Counted from the stretch's first letter, positions 10,205-21,244 are shown. The stretch is 64,000 nucleotides of DNA from an uncultured Nitrospiraceae bacterium (GCA_963730935.1 CAVSTP010000004.1:704001-768000); one strand, 5' to 3'. Notes: generated by a model not told the origin, from the sequence alone. Numbers and translations: made by a program.

Positions 10205-11256
10205 GCGTTCCGTCCCGAAACACCGGCCTCACCGAAGGTCGCCATTTCCGTCAGGATCTTGATCGCGGCCTGGACAAGTCCGATTCCCAGACAGGCCCCC
10301 GTCCCCTCTCCCAACCGCAGATCGAGATCGAAAAGCGGCTTCAATTGTAGTCTTTCGAGAAGCACTCGATGACCTCGTTCAACGGACCGGTGAGAGGCGA
10401 TCATGTATTGCCGACAGCGCGGCTGCAACCCAACCGCGATCGCTGCGGCGGCTCCGGAGATGAATCCATCCAAGACGACGGGCACACGCGCTGCGGCGCT
10501 GCCCAACATGACGCCGGTCATCCCGGCAATCTCAAGACCGCCGACTTTTGACAGGACATCCATGGCGTCGTGTGGATCCGGCCGATGACAGGCCAGCGCC
10601 CGCTCGATCACGGACACCTTTCGCACGAGGCGGTGCTCGTCGATTCCAGTTCCCAAGCCGGTCACATCCTTCACCGCCTCTCCGGTCATGACCGCGGCAA
10701 TCGCCGCGCTTGCGGTGGTGTTCCCGATGCCCATTTCACCTGTGCCGATCAGCCCGATGCCTTGACGAGCCGCGTCGGCAGCGATCTCGATGCCGATCAT
10801 GACCGCTTGTTCCGCCGTGGTTCGATCCATGGCGGGAGTGTGAAGCATATTTCGAGTGCCCATCATCAACTTGCGGTGCGTGAGTCCGGTGATGGGCCCG
10901 AAATCATGGGCCACCCCGATGTCGACGACACGGACCTCGACGTCCGCATGGCGGGCCAGAACATTGACCCCGGCGCCGCCCCGGAGAAAATTCAGCACCA
11001 TCTGCGCCGTCACGTCCCGAGGATAGGCGCTGACGCCTTCTTCCACCACACCGTGATCCGCAGCAAAGGTCACCACCATGGCCCGTGGCACCGCGGGCTT
11101 GCGTTCCGCGGTGATCGCGCAGTATTGCACGGCCAATTCCTCGAGTCGGCCTAAACTGCCCTGGGGTTTCGTCAGCCGATCCAGCCGTCGCTGCGTTTCT
11201 GCGGCAACACCTGCATCGGTGTCTTCTATCTGCGCTAACGCTTCGGTCAGGTTCAT
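10201..11256 (-). CDS. cobT: Nicotinate-nucleotide--dimethylbenzimidazole phosphoribosyltransferase
   Basis: LTKPQGSLGRLE, FAADHGV, GEMGIGNTT, LRLGEGTGA. Confidence 0.96.
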   Translation of the reverse strand: MNLTEALAQIEDTDAGVAAETQRRLDRLTKPQGSLGRLEELAVQYCAITAERKPAVPRAMVVTFAADHGVVEEGVSAYPRDVTAQMVLNFLRGGAGVNVLARHADVEVRVVDIGVAHDFGPITGLTHRKLMMGTRNMLHTPAMDRTTAEQAVMIGIEIAADAARQGIGLIGTGEMGIGNTTASAAIAAVMTGEAVKDVTGLGTGIDEHRLVRKVSVIERALACHRPDPHDAMDVLSKVGGLEIAGMTGVMLGSAAARVPVVLDGFISGAAAAIAVGLQPRCRQYMIASHRSVERGHRVLLERLQLKPLFDLDLRLGEGTGACLGIGLVQAAIKILTEMATFGEAGVSGRNA

Positions 11257-11810
11257 GGCTCCTCTTCTTTCAAAGGAATGAGTAATCCACTCACGACGAA
11301 ATAGGCGTCATCCGCCTCTTGAGCGACGAGGCGATTGACTTCCCCGCCCAATTCACGGAAACGGCGCGATGCCGCGTCAACGGGAACCACGCCCATACCC
11401 AACTCATTCGACACCAGCACCACCCGTCCTCCGATTCGTCGGATCATGCGGAGCAATGCCTTCGTCTCCTCGATGATTTCGCGTTCTTTCGTCCCCCGCT
11501 CGCGGTGATTCGAGAGCCACATGGTCAAACAATCGACCAACATGACGCGATAGTTTCGTCCCTGTTCCTCGAACCATGCGCTCAGCTCGAGCGGCACTTC
11601 CGCCGTCACCCATGCCGATGCTCTCGACTGCCGGTGCCGAGCGATCTTCATGGTCATTTCTTCGTCCAGCCCTTCACCAGTCGCCACAAAGGCACGCGAC
11701 GCTGTCTTGGCGATTCCCCTGGCGGCCAGGCGCAGCGCCGCCTCGCTTTTCCCCGATGAGGCACCCCCGACGAGGAACACCAACTGAGATCGCCTGCGAC
11801 GGAGAGCCAT
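11253..11810 (-). CDS. cobU: Bifunctional adenosylcobinamide kinase/guanylyltransferase
   Basis: GGASSGKS P-loop, IARHRQSR, LVDCLTMWLSN, VSNELGMGVVP. Confidence 0.94.
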   Translation of the reverse strand: MALRRRRSQLVFLVGGASSGKSEAALRLAARGIAKTASRAFVATGEGLDEEMTMKIARHRQSRASAWVTAEVPLELSAWFEEQGRNYRVMLVDCLTMWLSNHRERGTKEREIIEETKALLRMIRRIGGRVVLVSNELGMGVVPVDAASRRFRELGGEVNRLVAQEADDAYFVVSGLLIPLKEEEP

Positions 11811-11813
11811 CGT

Positions 11814-13310
11814 CTACACTCCTTGCTCCAGAAGCCGATCAATCAGGGATAGGTCGAGATGCCGTTCCACGAAATCGGCCAAGCGGTCCAATCTGGCATC
11901 GAGCGAAAGGCGCTGAGTCTCTGGAAGCCCCGTCCATCCTTTTGACTCCCTTAAGCGGTTTACCCACCAGCGGCGAAATGGCGCCTGATCGAAGATCCCA
12001 TGGAGATAGGTTCCAAAGAGCCGGCCGCCGTGAAGGCACATCCCCTCGGGCCAGTGCTCCGAGCTATCGTTCACTGTCAGTTCAAGGAATGGCTGCGCGT
12101 CCGATGGAACGACGGTTCGTCCCATTCGTACCTGATAGCCCACAACAGAACATCCGCTCTCGGCATGCCAGCCTGATGTCTGTACGACGATCTTAGGAAC
12201 GGCAAAGGTCGTCTCGACTGGAAGCAACCCCAGACCGTCCACGTCTCTATGAGATGATTCTAGACATTCAGGATCGCGAATGACCTTGCCCAACAGTTGA
12301 TAGCCGCCGCAGATGCCGCCCACCGCCCCGCCTGCGGCCAAGACGCGATGCGCCAGACGATCGAGACCTCGCTCACGCACGAAGCGCAATGCTTGGATTG
12401 TCTGCTTCGAACCTGGAAAGATGACGGCATCCAATGGACGGTCGGTCGCTTCACTGAGTCGAACCACTTCGACATCCGGCTCTCCCGTCAACGGTTCGAA
12501 GTCCGTGAAATTGGAAATGCCGGGCACATCGGCGATCCCGATCACGACCCGATCGGCTCTCTCGGGCGCTCGCCGCTGCCAACCATCCCATCCCAAGGCA
12601 TCCTCTTCGGGCAGATCCAAGTCGCCCCAGTGCGGAAGCACGCCGGCGCAGGGCAATCCCGTTTCGCGGGACACACGTTCGAGTCCATCGTGAAGCAGGG
12701 TCGTCTCACCACGGAATTTATTGATGGCGAACGCCTTCAGGTGCCGTCGGTCGGATTCATCGAGCAGAGCCCAGGTCCCCACAAGTGAGGCGAACACGCC
12801 CCCTCGCTCGATGTCACCGACAAGCAGTACCGGCGCCCTGGCATAATGCGCCATCTGCATGTTGACGACGTCGCAGTGCCGCAAGTTGACTTCAGCCGGA
12901 CTGCCGGCGCCCTCAAGCACCACGACATCGAAGGCTTGGGAAAGGCGTTGAAAGGCCTCCTGCGCCGCACTCCAATACTCCCGACGCACGAGACCAAAAT
13001 CCTTCGCGGACAAGGATCCAGTCACCTCTCCTCCAACGACAAGTTGCGCTGTCGTTTGAGATTCTGGCTTGATCAGGATCGGATTGAAGTCGGCTCGGGG
13101 AGGCAGGTGACAGGCCGCCGCTTGGACCGCCTGTGCCCGGCCAATTTCTTTGCCATCCGGCGTGACGAAGGAATTGTTGGACATGTTCTGAGCTTTGAAG
13201 GGCGCGACGCGCAGCCCCCGGCGGAGAAACGATCGGCACAAGGCCGCCGTGAGTACGGACTTTCCGACATGAGAGGCGGTTCCCTGAATCATGATTGTCC
13301 GCGCCGGCAT
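11814..13310 (-). CDS. cbiP: Cobyric acid synthase (CbiP/CobQ)
   Basis: QGTASHVGKS, PFKAQNMSNNS, EGAGSPAEVN, GICGGYQLLG, GTYLHGIF. Start at ATG 13310. Confidence 0.96.
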   Translation of the reverse strand: MPARTIMIQGTASHVGKSVLTAALCRSFLRRGLRVAPFKAQNMSNNSFVTPDGKEIGRAQAVQAAACHLPPRADFNPILIKPESQTTAQLVVGGEVTGSLSAKDFGLVRREYWSAAQEAFQRLSQAFDVVVLEGAGSPAEVNLRHCDVVNMQMAHYARAPVLLVGDIERGGVFASLVGTWALLDESDRRHLKAFAINKFRGETTLLHDGLERVSRETGLPCAGVLPHWGDLDLPEEDALGWDGWQRRAPERADRVVIGIADVPGISNFTDFEPLTGEPDVEVVRLSEATDRPLDAVIFPGSKQTIQALRFVRERGLDRLAHRVLAAGGAVGGICGGYQLLGKVIRDPECLESSHRDVDGLGLLPVETTFAVPKIVVQTSGWHAESGCSVVGYQVRMGRTVVPSDAQPFLELTVNDSSEHWPEGMCLHGGRLFGTYLHGIFDQAPFRRWWVNRLRESKGWTGLPETQRLSLDARLDRLADFVERHLDLSLIDRLLEQGV

Positions 13311-13314
13311 ATTT

Positions 13315-13911
13315 CTATTTCTCCTCGTCCGAGCCGTCGGTTTCCCGTTCCCACAGAAATTCCGGTTCTCCTTGTGTCTTGGCCACCCATCGAGCCCAGA
13401 CAAAGAGCGCATCGCTCAGGCGATTCAAAAATTTGATGATCTCCGCATCGAGCGTTTCTTCCCTGGCCAAGCGAACGCAGATTCGTTCGGCCCGGCGACA
13501 GATCGTCCTAGCCTGATGCAGCGTCGCCGCCACTTTGCCGCCACCTGGCAGAATGAACTCTTTGAGCGGCGGCAACTCTTTCTGGCAGCGATCCATCATG
13601 CGCTCAAGTCGAGTGGCATCCTGCGCCTTGATCGTCGGCATGTTCTTGAAGACCTGTCCCGGAGCGGTCGCCAGTATGCCGCCGAGATCGAACAGCTTGT
13701 TCTGCACCCAGCGAAGATCCTGTTCCAACTGTTTGGCCGACGCGCGACCAACCTCCGCGTTCATCGCCCGTACCAGCCCGACCGAGGCATTCAATTCATC
13801 CACCGTGCCATACGCCTCGACGCGCAGACTGTCTTTGGAGACCTGTTGTCCGCCGGCCAGCCGAGTACGACCCGCGTCACCGGTTCTCGTGTACACCTTG
13901 GTAATTCGCAC
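13315..13911 (-). CDS. pduO: ATP:cob(I)alamin adenosyltransferase, PduO type
   Basis: KVYTRTGDAG, AYGTVDELN, FILPGG, RTICRRAER, LNRLSDALF. Confidence 0.93.
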   Translation of the reverse strand: MRITKVYTRTGDAGRTRLAGGQQVSKDSLRVEAYGTVDELNASVGLVRAMNAEVGRASAKQLEQDLRWVQNKLFDLGGILATAPGQVFKNMPTIKAQDATRLERMMDRCQKELPPLKEFILPGGGKVAATLHQARTICRRAERICVRLAREETLDAEIIKFLNRLSDALFVWARWVAKTQGEPEFLWERETDGSDEEK

Positions 13912-13920
13912 CGTTCCCCC

Positions 13921-14127
13921 TCATTGCGGTTTCGTGACAGATGCGGGGCCGAGCCTGCCTTCGACCACATGTTGAAGACAAATCGGGCAGAGGCAATCAT
14001 GGAACGACTTTTCGATCCAATCCATCTGCTGTTGGGTAACCACCATCTTCCCGCACCAGCATTGGTATCCGCCGCACTCGAACACTTGCCCGCAGTTCTC
14101 GCAGGTTTTGTTAACCGGCCCTCTCAA
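13921..14127 (-). CDS. Small cysteine-rich CWC-family protein
   Basis: CENCGQVFECG...CWC...CLCPICL; start overlaps the cobO stop. Confidence 0.75.
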   Translation of the reverse strand: MRGPVNKTCENCGQVFECGGYQCWCGKMVVTQQQMDWIEKSFHDCLCPICLQHVVEGRLGPASVTKPQ

Positions 14128-14723
14128 AACTCGACTCCCGGCTGCGCCTTGATGCCTTTCCGAAATGGATGCTTTATTTGTTTCATTTCAGTGACGAGGT
14201 CGGCTTCTTCGGTCAACATGTCGTTGGCGCCTCGGCCTGTGATGACGACATGTTGCCTCGAAGGACGGGCGCGAAGCACCGGCAAGACCTCTGCCACATT
14301 GACGTAGTCATATTGCAAGGCGATATTAAACTCGTCGAGAATGACCATCGCATAGGAAGAATCGCTCAGGAATTCGCAGGCCTTTCCCCATGCAAGACGG
14401 GCGAATCTCGTATCTCTCTCGCGATCTTGCGTTTCCCAGGTATAGCCTTCTCCCATCCGAAGAAAGACCACTCGATCGCCGAAAGACTTCAACGCGCGCT
14501 CTTCGGCCGTATCGATAGCGCCCTTGATGAACTGCACCACCGCAACTCTCATCCCATGACCAACACACCGTAGTGCCATACCTAACGCAGCGGTCGTCTT
14601 TCCCTTGCCGGCGCCCGTATAGAGGATCAGTAGGCCTTTCTCCTCTTGAGCGGTTTCGATCCGCCGATCCACCGACGCCTTCAGCCGCTCCATTCTCGCC
14701 TTATGTTCAGCTTGATTCGTCAT
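14124..14723 (-). CDS. cobO: Cob(I)yrinic acid a,c-diamide adenosyltransferase, CobO/BtuR type
   Basis: YTGAGKGKTTAALG, VQFIKG, ILDEFN, ITGR, KHPF, GVEF. Confidence 0.95.
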   Translation of the reverse strand: MTNQAEHKARMERLKASVDRRIETAQEEKGLLILYTGAGKGKTTAALGMALRCVGHGMRVAVVQFIKGAIDTAEERALKSFGDRVVFLRMGEGYTWETQDRERDTRFARLAWGKACEFLSDSSYAMVILDEFNIALQYDYVNVAEVLPVLRARPSRQHVVITGRGANDMLTEEADLVTEMKQIKHPFRKGIKAQPGVEF

Positions 14724-14725
14724 CG

Positions 14726-16132
14726 TTAAAATCCACGCCGCAGTCCGCCACCCTGAAACAGACGGGACCGACGTGCAGCCGCGAGCAAGCCCTTGGCAAT
14801 TTGTGGCTGACTCGCAAAATGCAGATGCGTGTAGCAGGCGAGAACGTTGCCCATCATGAGACCATCCTGTCCGGTTAATTGCCCTCGTGCATCACGCAGT
14901 TCACAGGCATATGTAAGAGATCCTTTGGGGACTAACGTCGAATAGTGGAACTCGTGCCCTCTGGCGGTCAGCCCTGCTGCACCAAGCGCACAATCCCGTG
15001 AACAGGCCATCGTCCGATAGCCCAACGTCATTGATGATTTCTGCATCACTGCTTCAGCCGAAAACAGTCCGACCATTTCGTGTGAACGGCCATCGAAGCC
15101 TCTGATAGCCTCTGTGAGGTACATCATGCCTCCGCACTCCCCGTACACGACCCCACCCCGTTCTGCGAACGAGCGGACCGCTCGCCGCATAGCAACGTTG
15201 CTAGCAAGTGTGTCGCCATACAGCTCCGGATAGCCGCCTCCCAAATACAGCATATCGACACTCGGCAATGCATGGTCGCTGATTGGCGAGAACTTCACCA
15301 GTTCGGCGCCTTCGGCCTCCAATAATTCAAGATTCTCCAGATAATAGAAGCAAAACGCGGGATCATAGGCAAGGCCGACACGAACCTTCCTCTCCCCGCC
15401 CTTGGGCGGAGAAAGGGCCTCGAGCGTTGACGGAAACCCTTCGGCCGACCGAGCCAAGGATTCGATGAGGTCTAAGTCGATTGTGTCCATGGCAGCTTTT
15501 GCCAGTTGATCGTACAACTTCGCCGACTTCTGCTCGACGGCCATGACCAGACCAAGGTGTCGATCTTGTATGGTAACGGATGGATCTGGCTGGAGGTAGC
15601 CTACGACGCTCACGTCCGTTCCTGTCTCGACGGCATCCTTCAACAGTCGGTAATGACCTTCATTGCTGACACGATTGAACAAGACCCCAGCGACCGGCAG
15701 CGCGGAATCAAATTTCGCATAGCCCGATACCAACGCGGCGACCGAACGGGCCATGGCACTCCCATCGACCACGAGCAAGACCGGAGCTTGCAACTGCTTG
15801 GCAAGTTCGGCTGTGCTCCCTGTTTCATTGATCGCGGAGCTCCCATCAAACAGCCCCATCATCCCCTCTATAATGGAGAGATCAGCATCGGCCGCTGCCC
15901 GCGTGAAGCTGCCGCGATTAAAAGCCGCTCCCAACATCCAGGAATCCAGATTGCGTGAAGGCCGACCGGTGATCGCCGTGTGATGACTGGGGTCGATAAA
16001 ATCCGGTCCCGCCTTGAAGGCTTGCACGCGGCGGCCACGGCGTTTCAAGGCCGCCAGCAGCGCCAATGTCACCGTCGTCTTGCCGACACCACTATGAGTT
16101 CCGGCGACGATTATTCGTGGATAAAGGTTCAT
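14726..16132 (-). CDS. cbiA: Cobyrinate a,c-diamide synthase
   Basis: SGVGKTT, FKAGPDFIDP, EGMMGLFDG, GGGYPE, YGECGGMMYL, GHEFHYS. Confidence 0.95.
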   Translation of the reverse strand: MNLYPRIIVAGTHSGVGKTTVTLALLAALKRRGRRVQAFKAGPDFIDPSHHTAITGRPSRNLDSWMLGAAFNRGSFTRAAADADLSIIEGMMGLFDGSSAINETGSTAELAKQLQAPVLLVVDGSAMARSVAALVSGYAKFDSALPVAGVLFNRVSNEGHYRLLKDAVETGTDVSVVGYLQPDPSVTIQDRHLGLVMAVEQKSAKLYDQLAKAAMDTIDLDLIESLARSAEGFPSTLEALSPPKGGERKVRVGLAYDPAFCFYYLENLELLEAEGAELVKFSPISDHALPSVDMLYLGGGYPELYGDTLASNVAMRRAVRSFAERGGVVYGECGGMMYLTEAIRGFDGRSHEMVGLFSAEAVMQKSSMTLGYRTMACSRDCALGAAGLTARGHEFHYSTLVPKGSLTYACELRDARGQLTGQDGLMMGNVLACYTHLHFASQPQIAKGLLAAARRSRLFQGGGLRRGF

Positions 16133-16138
16133 TGGATG

Positions 16139-18156
16139 TCACAGGGGCACATCAAAATTGACTCGTACGCCTCCAAACACCGACTGGATCGGAGTGCCGA
16201 AGAACAACACCTCTTCATACTTCCGATTGAAAATATTGTCCGCCCGTCCGTAAATCTGAACCGTCTTAGTGACGTCATAGGTGAACGAGGCATTCCACAC
16301 GTAGAAATGCGGAAGCGACTCGACATTGCTGGTATCGTTAAAACGCTGCCCGACAAATCGCCCTTCCAGATTCGCGCGCAACGCTTCGATAGGTTGGTAA
16401 CTTAGTATGGTAGACCATTGATTGAGAGGCCACTTGGGTAGGCGTGTGTCGGCATTGTCCGTCAAGTTTTCTGTACTCGTATACGTGTACTGAAACTGCA
16501 GATCCAAACTCTTGATCCATGGCCGGTCACGAACAAGCTGAACCTTTGCACTGGCTTCGATTCCCTCCGCCCTTGAGGTGCCGATGTTCTGCGCGCAGAA
16601 CCCCTGCGTGTCTGGGATAGCGGCACACCCCACGGGATCGAACACTGAGAGAATGAGATTTTGATACCGATTCCAGAAGTATCCCGCACTGAGAAATACG
16701 CGATCATTGAGCAAAGACTGTTCGAGCGCAATATCCAGCCCTTTGCTTTTTTCCGGTTTCAAATTGGGATTGCCGAAACCCGGGAAAAATAGTTGATTGA
16801 TGGTCGGTGCCCGAAAGCCGGTCCCGTAGCTCCCTCGTAACTTGGTGCCGGTCTCTTTGTGGAGATATCCAGCCGTGACGCGATAGGTCGTCGCGCTACC
16901 GAAAACATTGTACTCGTCCTGCCTAATGCCCGCCGTTCCAAATAGTCGATCCCAGAGATTCAATTTTGCCTCGGCAAATCCTGCATTGCTGCTGACTATT
17001 TTGGTTGGTATGGTAGTAGCGCCCGTCAGCGTATCCAGATTCTCTCCCAGCTGTTCGCGAAATTGATAACCGGCGGTGACCGCCAGAGGCTTGGCGATCT
17101 GAAAATCGTGCTGCCATTCAATGCGATTGCTGGTCGTATTGATTTCTGAGGCAGTCTGAAATGGGATGTCCTCCACGCCCGTCACGAGATTGCGCTGAAA
17201 ACTTCCCAGATATGAGGTCAGACTCTCCGTTGCGCGCGCCAGGGTCAGCTTTTGCGACCACCATTTCGTAAAAGGTTGAGTGTAGCTGCCCGAATAGACA
17301 TACTGCTGACTTGTGGATTTGGCGCCCAACACGTCAGCTGGATCTGAAGTGAATGTAGCCGGGTTAAATGCAAACCCATCAAAATTAGTGATCCCGTCCA
17401 TCCAGCGGAAATTAAACTCCAGCCGTCCGTCATTCGGCAGGTCCACGCCGAGCCTGACGGACCCTTGCCAGTTATGAAATCCGTCACGTTCTGATGCGCC
17501 GCGGCGATAGTTGATGGCGGAGAAACTCGACGCGTCCCAGCGTGTGAGCGCCGCGCCAAATCGACCGGTCCCTTTTTCCCTGATAGCTGGCACCTTCCCG
17601 GATCGTCGAAAACGAACCATACTCCGAAAACGCAGAGATTTCCGAGTTTCGCGTCCTCGCTTTGTGGTGATATTGATCACGCCACCCATCGCATCCGCTC
17701 CCCACAACATGCTCTGGCTGCCTCGAAGGATTTCGATCCGCTCGATGTTGTCGGTGGTCAAATTGGCAAAATGTAGGACCCATCGTGGCGCTGTTCATGA
17801 TCGCGCCGTCGATCACCACCAGCACCTGATCTGGCGTCCCTCCCCGCATGCGTACTCGACATGAGTGCCCGGCCCGCCATTCGGAAGACGGTGAGTCCCC
17901 TGGCTGAGACGCAGCGCATCCACAACGGTCTTCACCTTCCGACGCTGCATTTCCTCGCCGGTAATGACTTCCACGGCGCTTGTCACTTGGTTGACCGGAA
18001 CTGCTGTCTTCGTTGCAGAAATGACCACTTCCTGCGTTTCGATCTCGCCGGTTGATCGGCCATGGCCACTTCCTCGGCGATGCGGGTTGAAGATCAAGGC
18101 GGAAGCACAGAACGACAACAACATACCGCACACAGAAGACGAAGGACTCCACGCAT
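16139..18156 (-). pseudogene. btuB: TonB-dependent corrinoid receptor (BtuB-like) with several frameshifts in the 5' third (possibly sequence errors)
   Basis: ATG 18156 follows GGGAGG. The TonB box/plug (EVVISATKT, RMRGGTPDQVLVVIDG, NIERIEILRGSQSMLWGADAMGGVINITTKRG) is spread over three frames. The barrel is intact to the stop at 16139. Lies directly below a cobalamin riboswitch. Confidence 0.85.
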
Positions 18157-18197
18157 AGAAACCTCCCTTTGACTCGAAGGGCTATGTCGAAACGTCC

Positions 18198-18345
18198 GTC
18201 GGTTGGGTCTCCTGACTCGCGGATCGTCGTTTCCCTGCGCCTTCCCATGTGCCGAAGCACACAGTGGCATTGTGCAGGGTCACTCCCCGCTTACAGTGGC
18301 GGCACCGTGATGGATTTGCACCATCTTCCCCGGCGCTGACGGTCT
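18198..18345 (-). ncRNA. Cobalamin riboswitch upstream of btuB and the cob operon
   Basis: Minus strand reads GGGAAgatGGTGcAAATCC...CGGTGCCGCCACTGTAA...GCCACTG...GGGAAGG...GAGTCAGGAGACC (B12 box). Confidence 0.93.
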
Positions 18346-18445
18346 ATCCCTGATAAACCCTCCACACGACAGGACGCGCGCTAGTGATGACGGTCTTAGA
18401 AAAGAGAAGCGCGCATTCTCTTTCTATCTGTCGTAAGCTTCTCAC

Positions 18446-19214
18446 CTATTCCCCTAGATACTCGACGCGATATTCAGTGGAAAGCGGAGCCATCGCGCGA
18501 AAATCCCAGTCAAAGGTCAGGACAGCGGAACGTTCGGAGCTATGGGAAAGGGTACGTTTCCCATCTTTCACGACAAGACTGGGAGCCTTCCAAAATCGAA
18601 TGTCCTCTCTGCGCCAGTTCGGTTGCAGACTAATAACGGAAGACCTGTTTCCCGCGTTCGCTGCTCCCACTCGCCATTTGGCCCGTGGATCCCCGGCCCC
18701 CAAGAAGCCGCCGAAACTAGCATTTGAGCGCCCTTAGACTTCAGTTCGTCAGTAATATTCCGCGTGTACAGATCGCTGCAAATGGGGAGGCCGACACGGA
18801 TGCCATCACATTCAACTGGAGCGACGACGTCTCCGGGACTTGACCAAGACAAGGAATCGCTCGCGACATTTATTTTCCGATGTTTGCCGACGACTTCGCC
18901 ACGTGGATTGATGACGAACACTGAGTTGTAGAGCTTCTCTGCATCCCGATCAGGACAAGAAATGAAGACGGTCCGCTTTAAACCTTTCACAAGCCGACAG
19001 AACTGTTGCATCCATGCGTCTGGTTGCGGCTGTATCCAGTCAGTGCCAATAATCGGCACAAACTGGAGCCCACACACGGCAAGTTCGGAGCAATTATCCA
19101 CTGTGCGCCTTGGAAAGCGGCATGTTTGACGCCCTCAACAATGACATACCGGTTGCGTTTGATGTCGCCAGGAACCAAGGAGATGTGAAGAAACGCAATT
19201 CTGCCTGAAGTCAT
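18446..19214 (-). pseudogene. Nitrilase/carbon-nitrogen hydrolase family protein with two -1 frameshifts
   Basis: Joining track ORFs 18987-19214, 18568-19101 and 18446-18703 gives WIIAP[E]LAVCG...KLYNS...GKHRKI...PICSD...NRTG, i.e. the Glu-Lys-Cys triad. Breaks at about 19087 and about 18593 (T-run). Confidence 0.8.
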
Positions 19215-19215
19215 T

Positions 19216-20096
19216 TCAAGCGCCCGCAGTGTCGCGCCCCGGCAGCGTCACTCGAGGCAACCCAGAACGCGGGTGCTGTCAACCAGCACTTGGCACCGAT
19301 ACACCGCCTCCAATACCTCCGGCCGAATCACGTCGTCGGGAGTACCAAGCCGAAACACCTGTCCACGATCCAAGAGCATGAGCCGGTCGCAATACTGGCT
19401 GGCCACATTTAAATCATGGGAAACCAAGACGACTGTGAGGCCGCGCTCCTCCTTCAACCGGTTCAGCACTGAACAAATCTCAATTTGGTGTTGCAGGTCA
19501 AGAAAGGCGGTGGGCTCATCAAGCAAGAGCACGCGAGGATCCTGTGCGAGAGCTCGGGCAATGATTACACGTTGACGCTCTCCGCCGGAGAGTTCCGTAA
19601 CCGAGCGCTCGGCGAGGTGCCACACGTCCATCGTTTTCATCGCCTGCTGCGCAACGGCACGATCATCCGGACTATCCCAACCAAATCCCCAGTCCCAAAC
19701 CGTTCGGTGGTGATGAGGGAATCTGCCCATGAGCACGGTCTCGGCCACGGTGAATGGTAACGTCTGCGAAGAATCCTGGGGAACGAACGCAACGCTTTGT
19801 GCGACAGCCTCCTGCCGTAGATCGGACATTGAGCTCCCGAACAACGCCACCGATCCTTGTTGCACCGGAACCACCTTCCCAAGCAGCTTCAGCAACGATG
19901 TCTTCCCGGAACTGTTCGGGCCGACAATGCCCAGCATCTCTCCTGCTTCTACAAAAAAGCTCACGTCACTGAGAACCTCCCGCAGAGTCCCAGAGCCTGA
20001 GCCTCCATACTGAAAATGGAGTCCTTGGACCTCGTAGACCCGCCCGGTGGTGCTCAGAGGATCCCTCGATCTATCGACGCTCTGAGCCTGGTTCAC
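19216..20096 (-). CDS. btuD: Corrinoid/iron-chelate ABC transporter ATP-binding subunit
   Basis: GPNSSGKT, LSGGERQRV, LLLDEPT, VSHDLN. A likely frameshift near 19277 would restore ...HPRSGLPRVTLPGRDTAGA* ending at 19216, next to the nitrilase ATG. Confidence 0.85.
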
Positions 20097-21244
20097 GACA
20101 TCCGATCCTTCCGCCAGACTAAGAGATAAATAAAGAAAGGCCCGCCCACTAACGCCGTCAAGATGCCAACCGGCACCTCAGAGGGCGAAAGAAGCGTCCG
20201 GGCAAGCGTATCAGCAACCATCAAGAATGTTCCGCCGACCAATGCTGAAGCAGGCATGAGGAGACGATGATCCGCTCCGACGATCAGGCGAATCGCATGT
20301 GGAACCACCATTCCAATAAAACCGATCATGCCGCTGACAGAGACGACGGCTCCCGTTATCAGTGCTGACAGGAGAAAAATATATCGCTTGGTTCGGTCGG
20401 TATCGATACCAAGTGATCGCGCTGGTTCCTCGCCGAACGCCATAATGTTCAACACCCTGACGTGCTTCAATAACAAGCCGAGACCGATGATCAGGTAGAG
20501 TGAGAACACCAGAAGCGTAGGGTACGCTGGAGCCGTGAGCGACCCCATCAACCAGGTCATCATGCCGAAGGATCGGTTTGGATCCATAATCGATGTTACA
20601 AACATGACCAGCGCCGAAAAAATCGCATTGAGGATCACGCCAGCCAACAGAACACTGTGAATCGGCAGTCGGTCGTAACTGGCGGCCATTCGATAGATCA
20701 CTACTAGCGCGATCAGGCCGCCTCCTAGACCACAGAGCGGTAAGGCAGACACCGCGAGCATGGTCGAGCCGACCCCAAACAGCACGGCAATTGACACGCC
20801 CAGTGCCGCACCACTCGACACGCCGAGTACGTACGGATCCGCCAGTGGGTTTCTCAGCAACGCCTGCAATGCGACGCCGACTGATGCGAGAGAGCAGCCT
20901 ACGAGAAATCCCAAAAAGACTCTCGGCAGACGGACGTGTAACAGAATCGTGGCCGTCGCATCGGAGTCGACAAACTGATCATGCGTTCCCCAGGCCATTT
21001 GAACCACTATGCGCACGATCTCACTCAATCCCACATACTGCGCTCCAAATTGAAGACACAGCAATGCGGCGAGAATGCCTAAGGCTGACAGAAAGGCCAT
21101 GGCCGTCATCCAACGCCGCGCCGTCAGCGTTGACTTCTCAAAGAGTTGATCGTCGGCCGAACTGGAAAGAGGCTGGTTGGGCTCCGGTGACACACCAAGG
21201 ACACCGACAGATTGTGGAGATGATGGGTGGTCTGACGACATCAT
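20093..21244 (-). CDS. btuC: FecCD/BtuC-family ABC permease
   Basis: VRLPR, LRNPLADPYVLGVSSGA, GEEPARSLG, GMIGFIGMVVPH, EVPVG. Confidence 0.92.
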   Translation of the reverse strand: MMSSDHPSSPQSVGVLGVSPEPNQPLSSSADDQLFEKSTLTARRWMTAMAFLSALGILAALLCLQFGAQYVGLSEIVRIVVQMAWGTHDQFVDSDATATILLHVRLPRVFLGFLVGCSLASVGVALQALLRNPLADPYVLGVSSGAALGVSIAVLFGVGSTMLAVSALPLCGLGGGLIALVVIYRMAASYDRLPIHSVLLAGVILNAIFSALVMFVTSIMDPNRSFGMMTWLMGSLTAPAYPTLLVFSLYLIIGLGLLLKHVRVLNIMAFGEEPARSLGIDTDRTKRYIFLLSALITGAVVSVSGMIGFIGMVVPHAIRLIVGADHRLLMPASALVGGTFLMVADTLARTLLSPSEVPVGILTALVGGPFFIYLLVWRKDRMS

